From an uncultured Alphaproteobacteria bacterium (lineage in GTDB: Bacteria; Pseudomonadota; Alphaproteobacteria; HIMB59; GCA-002718135): a DNA stretch of 64,000 nt. Numbering within the stretch: the stretch's first letter is position 1; each line of letters begins with the position of its first letter. The stretch spans positions 154,731-218,730 of the forward strand of contig CACNNQ010000002.1 in NCBI GenBank assembly GCA_902621855.1, given 5' to 3'. Position numbers and translations under genes: made by a program. Positions 59,805-64,000 of this stretch are shown here, piece by piece. The notes beneath the pieces are model-generated. The model was not told where the DNA came from. It searched no databases and saw only the letters and a program-made list of their open reading frames with translations.

Positions 59805-60830
59805 TTATTTTTTAATTTTCTTTAGTTCTTTTTCAATTTTCTGAAAATACTCTTTTATTTTTTTTGCTTCTAATATTCCGTTATTGCTTAAGGCTTCTGT
59901 CAATTTAATTAGTGTGGACTGTGTATTTAATTGTGAAGATAAGAAATTTGATAATTGCTTGTCAAGATTAGAGGAGTTAGAATTTATTTTATTAAGTATT
60001 TCATTAAACTTATCCAAATTATTAGATATTTTTGTTTGATTATCAGATGATTGTTTAAAAGCGCTTAGTAGGTTTTCTAAATTGTCATAGATTTTTTGAA
60101 TTGCCTCACCAGTAGGCTTATCTTCTACTTTAGAAAAATCTGGAGAAGAATTGCTATTAAGTATTTTTTCAAAATATTGACTAAATTTGTTTTGAGCTTG
60201 TCCAAGATTTAAATCTAGAAGCCCAAGAATAAGTGATCCTGCCAATCCTAATAAAGAGCTGCTAAATGCAATACTCATTCCTTCAAGAGGTGCATTTAAG
60301 CCATCTTTTAGAGAATTAAAAAAACCAGCTACATTTGTATCATCAATCCCTAAACTACTTATTACATTACCCACAGATCCAATTGTTTTCAATAATCCCC
60401 AAAAAGTACCTAGCAAACCCAAAAATACTAATAAGCCGACAAGATAGCGCGAGGTTTCACGAATACTAACAAGAGTCATATCTGAGTTTTCAATTAATCT
60501 GTCTATAGATGAACTTTTAAAAACATATGTTCCATTTAAATTTTTCATCTCTAATGATATATTTTTATCCGTGGCACTTAGGTTTGAGAAAACTTCAATA
60601 GATTTTGTTATATTGAAATTAGAGAATGAAATATATTTATTATTTAAATAAACTAGATGGTAAAAATTAAATACTATACCAAATAAAAGAGCAAATAAGA
60701 TTATTACATTAATAAATATATTTGATAAAAAAGCATTTTGTAAAATAGGATATAATAGGACTACAATTATAAAGGTGAGTGCTAAAAATATGAATGCTCT
60801 TACTAAATAGGTATTTAGACTTTGTGACAT
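59805..60830 (-). CDS. MotA/TolQ/ExbB-family proton-channel protein with a ~125-aa C-terminal coiled-coil tail
   Basis: Four TM segments in a MotA-like layout, with a 67-aa loop between TM2 and TM3. Family motif LGLLGTFWGLL and TM4 MSIAFSSSLLGLAGSLILGLL are present. The tail (residues 216-341) is N/S/Q/K-rich and heptad-like. The stop lies 2 nt from the MotB-like start. Confidence 0.75.
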   Translation of the reverse strand: MSQSLNTYLVRAFIFLALTFIIVVLLYPILQNAFLSNIFINVIILFALLFGIVFNFYHLVYLNNKYISFSNFNITKSIEVFSNLSATDKNISLEMKNLNGTYVFKSSSIDRLIENSDMTLVSIRETSRYLVGLLVFLGLLGTFWGLLKTIGSVGNVISSLGIDDTNVAGFFNSLKDGLNAPLEGMSIAFSSSLLGLAGSLILGLLDLNLGQAQNKFSQYFEKILNSNSSPDFSKVEDKPTGEAIQKIYDNLENLLSAFKQSSDNQTKISNNLDKFNEILNKINSNSSNLDKQLSNFLSSQLNTQSTLIKLTEALSNNGILEAKKIKEYFQKIEKELKKIKK

Positions 60831-60881
60831 AACTAAAATGAGTATATCACCATTAAATATTTTTCAATAATTATAATCCTA

Positions 60882-62066
60882 TTAGTTATAAATATAATTT
60901 CTTGTTAAAGGTAAATTGTTAATATTTTTTGTAATTTGTATTTGAAACACGATATTGCCCATATTTATAAATGAATACTTACTTGCTAGAAGGTAAAATT
61001 CCCACATTTTAAAAAAACGGTTATCAAACATTTTGATTATTTTGTCTTTATTTTCCATAACATTTTTATACCAATGAGAAAGGGTATGAGCGTAATGTAA
61101 TCTTAGAATTTCTATATCTGAAACATTAATATTAAGTTTTTGTGTTTCATTCATTACTTCAGATAAAGATGGAATATATCCACCAGGAAAAATGTATTTT
61201 CTTATCCAGGGGCTAGTTGCTGTAGGCTTCCCTCTTTGCCCAATGGTATGTAAAAGAAATACACCGTTATCCTTTAATATATCGTTTGCTTTTTTTAGAT
61301 AAGTTCTAAAATATTTAACCCCAACATGTTCAAACATTCCAACCGATACTATTCTATCATAATGATCAGATTCATTTCTATAATCTTGTAAGGCAAACGT
61401 TACTTTATGCGATAAGCCTTCTTTTTGAGCTCTTTCTGAAGCTGTTTTAAATTGATTTTCAGATAAAGTTATTCCTTTTACTTTTGCTCCTGTTGATTTT
61501 GCAATTTCAATTGCCATTCCACCCCATCCACATCCAATATCTAGAACATTCATATTTTCATTTATCTGTAATTTTTTAATTATATGTTCTTTTTTATCTT
61601 TTTGTGCTTGTTCAAGACTAATATTAGGATTATGAAAATATGCACATGAATATTGCATATCTTTATCTAAAAATAATTTGTATAAATCTTCGTCTATATC
61701 ATAATGGTGTGCCACGTTTTTTTTAGAATTAACAAGCTGATTGATTTGTTGTAAAGGCATAAAAATAGCTGATAAATATTCATAGACTTTGTAAATTTTA
61801 TTATTCGCAATAAAATCATCATAGCATTTAGTAATCAGATCGATGAATTCCTCAATATTACCCTTTTCAATAATGAGTTCTTCATTCATATAAGCTTCAC
61901 CAATATGAAGACTTGGATTAAGAAATAATTTTCGTTCTATTGATTTATTTGTAAGCCTAATTGAAACAAATGGATTTGAATTACCGAAAGTGTGTATTTT
62001 ACCACTAGAATCTTTTATTTCTAGAGTTCCTTCTAAATTAAGTTTACTAAGAACATTAAAAAGCAT
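60882..62066 (-). CDS. cfa: Cyclopropane-fatty-acyl-phospholipid synthase family SAM methyltransferase
   Basis: SAM motif VLDIGCGWGGMA, with CFA-synthase patterns YDRIVSVGMFEHVG and YIFPGGYIPS. Confidence 0.87.
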   Translation of the reverse strand: MLFNVLSKLNLEGTLEIKDSSGKIHTFGNSNPFVSIRLTNKSIERKLFLNPSLHIGEAYMNEELIIEKGNIEEFIDLITKCYDDFIANNKIYKVYEYLSAIFMPLQQINQLVNSKKNVAHHYDIDEDLYKLFLDKDMQYSCAYFHNPNISLEQAQKDKKEHIIKKLQINENMNVLDIGCGWGGMAIEIAKSTGAKVKGITLSENQFKTASERAQKEGLSHKVTFALQDYRNESDHYDRIVSVGMFEHVGVKYFRTYLKKANDILKDNGVFLLHTIGQRGKPTATSPWIRKYIFPGGYIPSLSEVMNETQKLNINVSDIEILRLHYAHTLSHWYKNVMENKDKIIKMFDNRFFKMWEFYLLASKYSFINMGNIVFQIQITKNINNLPLTRNYIYN

Positions 62067-62155
62067 GTCTTTTATATTAAAAAAATAGAAGACAAAGTCA
62101 ACCTCATGAGAAGAATGTTTTAGGTAATCTTATAACTAAAGTTGATTTAAGTGAA

Positions 62156-62380
62156 TTAAGCAGCAATACGACGATTTTTTTGAGCTTCTTTTTCTTTTTT
62201 AAGCTCTTTTTCATCAATATACGCAACATCACAATGATTTTGGCAATACGGTTTTCCCTCAACTGTCTTTTCCTCACAAAAGTGAAATTCTTTTTCTTGA
62301 GGGTCACCTATTGGCCACTGACAACTAGAGAAGCTGTGCATGACACTGTTTTGCTTAAAATAATTTTTTAAAATAGACAT
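62156..62380 (-). CDS. GcrA C-terminal-domain-only protein (74 aa)
   Basis: CQWPIGDPQEKEFHFCEEKTVEGKPYCQNHCDVAYI matches the conserved GcrA C-terminal block (C-[KQ]-W-P-I-G-D-P...F-x-F-C...G-x-P-Y-C...H...A-Y). There is no N-terminal HTH-like domain. Confidence 0.75.
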   Translation of the reverse strand: MSILKNYFKQNSVMHSFSSCQWPIGDPQEKEFHFCEEKTVEGKPYCQNHCDVAYIDEKELKKEKEAQKNRRIAA

Positions 62381-62410
62381 ATTTTTAATTACGATTTAAT
62401 TTCGATGTAG

Positions 62411-62439
62411 TTTATATTTACGAAAAAACCAGTATTCAA
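62411..62439 (-). promoter_or_regulatory. Candidate sigma70-like promoter for the GcrA-like gene
   Basis: On the minus strand: TTGAAT, a 17-nt spacer, then TATAAA, ending 30 nt upstream of the ATG. Chance matches are frequent in such AT-rich DNA. Confidence 0.25.
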
Positions 62440-62522
62440 CTAAAATCGAAAAAAAATTGTTAATTATCAACATCTTAGTATTAATATTTATTTAACCTAC
62501 TATATGTAGTTTAGATTTTTAT

Positions 62523-62720
62523 TCAAAAAACGAATCGTGAGTTTAAAATTAAGAAAATAAACAAAATAATAAAGAAAAATGAAGTAGAATAAATTACAAT
62601 TCTTTTTGTTAATTTTGATTTTGGAGGTTTTCTAATTGAAATAAAAACAAGTATAGTTATCCAGAAAATCAATAAAATTCCCCATCCAATAAGTAAAGCG
62701 TAAAAAAAATCTACTGTCAT
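62523..62720 (-). CDS. Hypothetical small two-TM membrane protein
   Basis: The 65-aa ORF has two clear hydrophobic helices separated by a basic loop (RKPPKSKLTKR). No SD sequence or homology signal that I can recognise. Confidence 0.35.
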   Translation of the reverse strand: MTVDFFYALLIGWGILLIFWITILVFISIRKPPKSKLTKRIVIYSTSFFFIILFIFLILNSRFVF

Positions 62721-62749
62721 AATATATTTATATAATGGTTGTAATTATT

Positions 62750-63211
62750 TTATATTGCGCAATGCAATCCAGTTTTTTGAATATATTTTTGATGATATTC
62801 TTCGGCCTTATAATAATCTTTGACATTAGTTATTTCAGTTACAACATTCAAATTATTCTTTTTTGAGAAAATTTCTTTTGAATCTTGAGCCATTATTTTT
62901 TGATTTTCATTAAAATAAAAAATTACAGATCTATATTGGGTACCTATATCAGGTCCTTGTCTGTTAAGAGTTGTTGGATCATGACATTTCCAAAAATGAT
63001 CGAGTAATATTTTAAAAGAAATTTCATTTTCATCAAATTCAAGTAGAACTACTTCGGCATGATTTGTGTCGCCTTTGCAAACACTTTCATAAGATGGATT
63101 AATTGTAGTTCCTCCACAGTAACCAACCTCAGTTTTTTTTACTCCTGGAAGTTTTCTAAAATTTTCTTCCACACCCCAAAAACAACCAGCTCCAAATAAT
63201 GCTTTTTCCAT
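62750..63211 (-). CDS. msrA: Peptide methionine-S-sulfoxide reductase
   Basis: Active-site motif GAGCFWG, plus GYCGG and HDPTTLNRQG. Confidence 0.92.
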   Translation of the reverse strand: MEKALFGAGCFWGVEENFRKLPGVKKTEVGYCGGTTINPSYESVCKGDTNHAEVVLLEFDENEISFKILLDHFWKCHDPTTLNRQGPDIGTQYRSVIFYFNENQKIMAQDSKEIFSKKNNLNVVTEITNVKDYYKAEEYHQKYIQKTGLHCAI

Positions 63212-63253
63212 TTACTAATAAATATATATTTATTTTTATATTTATCAATTTTT

Positions 63254-63835
63254 ATGGGCACAAAATTTAAGATAATAAATAAAAAAAATATCTACGATGG
63301 TTTTTTTAAAATGCATGAAGTTACACTAAAATATCAAAAATATGATGGGAGTTGGACAAATAATATTAAAAGAGAACTCTTTGGAGGTGCTCAGGTTTCA
63401 GCGGTTCTACCTTATGATCCTATTAAAAAAGAAATTGTTCTTATTCAGCAATTCAGACCTGGTACAATTTCTAAAAACTTTGATCATTATCTAAATGAAA
63501 TTGTAGCAGGAATAATAGATAAAGGTGAGGATCCAGAGTCTGCAGCTGTAAGAGAATGTTTGGAAGAAACCGGATGTAAAGTAAAAAAATTAATACCAAT
63601 TCAAGGATATTTTCCAGCACCTGGATCATCCGAGTCATTTTATTATCTGTATTTAGGAGAGGTAGAAACGTTTAAAGGATCTAGAATTATGGGAATGGAA
63701 AATGAAAATGAAGATATTTTTGTTAAAAGTTATAAAATCGAAGATGTAAAAGAAAAAATGCAAAATGGTAAATTCTTAAATGGACTTACTTTAATTGCTC
63801 TTCAGTGGTTTTTTTTAAATATTTATAAAAACTAA
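63254..63835 (+). CDS. Nudix hydrolase (ADP-ribose pyrophosphatase-like)
   Basis: Nudix box GIIDKGEDPESAAVRECLEETG. The 193-aa length and NudF-like N-terminal region fit. Confidence 0.8.
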   Translation: MGTKFKIINKKNIYDGFFKMHEVTLKYQKYDGSWTNNIKRELFGGAQVSAVLPYDPIKKEIVLIQQFRPGTISKNFDHYLNEIVAGIIDKGEDPESAAVRECLEETGCKVKKLIPIQGYFPAPGSSESFYYLYLGEVETFKGSRIMGMENENEDIFVKSYKIEDVKEKMQNGKFLNGLTLIALQWFFLNIYKN

Positions 63836-64000
63836 GTACCCATTCCTCTTTGATATGGTTGAACTAATTGCTTGCAAATTAAGGTCATGTCTAAAGTTTC
63901 TAAATTTTGATCTATAGTTTGGTATTCTTGACATTCATATAAATCTTGGTTTTTTTGCAATACTGTAACAAAAAGTAAAAGCATTAAACCATTAGATGTT
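63832..64000 (-). CDS. 3' end of an unidentified CDS running off the window edge
   Basis: The reading frame is open from 63999 down to a TAG at 63832-63834 (...QDLYECQEYQTIDQNLETLDMTLICKQLVQPYQRGMGT*). The stop is shared with the nudix gene stop (CTAA), as at other convergent junctions here. Function is unknown. Confidence 0.3.
   Translation of the reverse strand, partial: TSNGLMLLLFVTVLQKNQDLYECQEYQTIDQNLETLDMTLICKQLVQPYQRGMGT

Noticed and set aside
57491-60830. Calling the MotA-like/MotB-like pair a Zorya anti-phage system.
   Set aside because: No ZorC/ZorD/ZorE-type partner (helicase, nuclease or HNH) is adjacent. The longest coiled coil is on the B-like (periplasmic) subunit rather than forming a long ZorA tail. 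The neighbours are core genes (cfa, an EamA transporter). I therefore report it only as an uncharacterised stator-like module.
62104-62371. Lys-rich ORFs at 62104-62307 (minus strand) and 62180-62371 (plus strand) overlapping the GcrA-like gene.
   Set aside because: These are alternative-frame or antisense translations of A/T-rich sequence, giving poly-K/F low complexity. The GcrA-domain frame has a strong conserved motif, so it is the real gene.
1-64000. Search for rRNA, tRNA, CRISPR arrays, integrases, transposases, prophage or defence islands, and for riboswitch-sized leaders.
   Set aside because: The five largest non-coding gaps are 174, 142, 142, 94 and 89 nt. They are AT-rich, with no tRNA-like GC stems (no GGTTCGAATCC-type T-arm), no direct-repeat arrays and no conserved riboswitch cores that I can recognise. 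No ORF has integrase, transposase or phage structural motifs.

Overview
The window is very AT-rich by eye (not computed) and extremely gene-dense. It reads as a streamlined marine alphaproteobacterial chromosome, Pelagibacterales/SAR11-like; this is inferred from gene content and architecture, not from a search. I call about 68 CDS. Summing the gaps between them gives about 1.5 kb of non-coding DNA in 64 kb, roughly 97-98% coding. I found no rRNA, tRNA, CRISPR array, transposase, integrase or prophage signature.

The content is mostly core housekeeping:
- A bolA / J-domain / cobS / cobT block.
- tgt plus a YhhQ-type queuosine-precursor transporter.
- rpmB, pyrD and a class I LysRS.
- A ferredoxin with its ferredoxin-NADP reductase.
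- ctaA, pfk, def and rpsU.
- pntAA / pntAB / pntB.
- A UbiB-type kinase, pepF, an acyl-CoA ligase, pyk and an aspartate aminotransferase.
- A split saccharopine-pathway pair.
- uvrB, a 3-hydroxyisobutyryl-CoA hydrolase-like enzyme and a dimethylglycine/sarcosine dehydrogenase-family enzyme.
- A five-gene peptide-type ABC importer, and nth.
- A consolidated heme-biosynthesis cluster: hemJ, hemF, hemH, hemE, an extended hemC and ALA synthase.
- cfa, msrA and a Nudix hydrolase.

The best candidate for an undescribed system is at 57.5-60.8 kb. It is a translationally coupled MotA/ExbB-like and MotB/OmpA-like pair with coiled-coil extensions on both subunits, followed by a secreted pentapeptide-repeat protein. 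The lineage type is non-flagellated, and no Tol, Ton or Zorya partners are adjacent.

Other points worth a second look:
- A 74-aa protein consisting only of the GcrA C-terminal domain.
- An orphan CobS/CobT (MoxR-vWA) pair embedded with BolA and a J-protein.
- A 502-aa HemC with a HemD-like extension.
- An SDR gene starting at TTG directly after, and in frame with, the upstream TAA.
- A PFK with a mixed ATP/PPi donor signature.
- Near-universal sharing of stop codons at convergent gene junctions.
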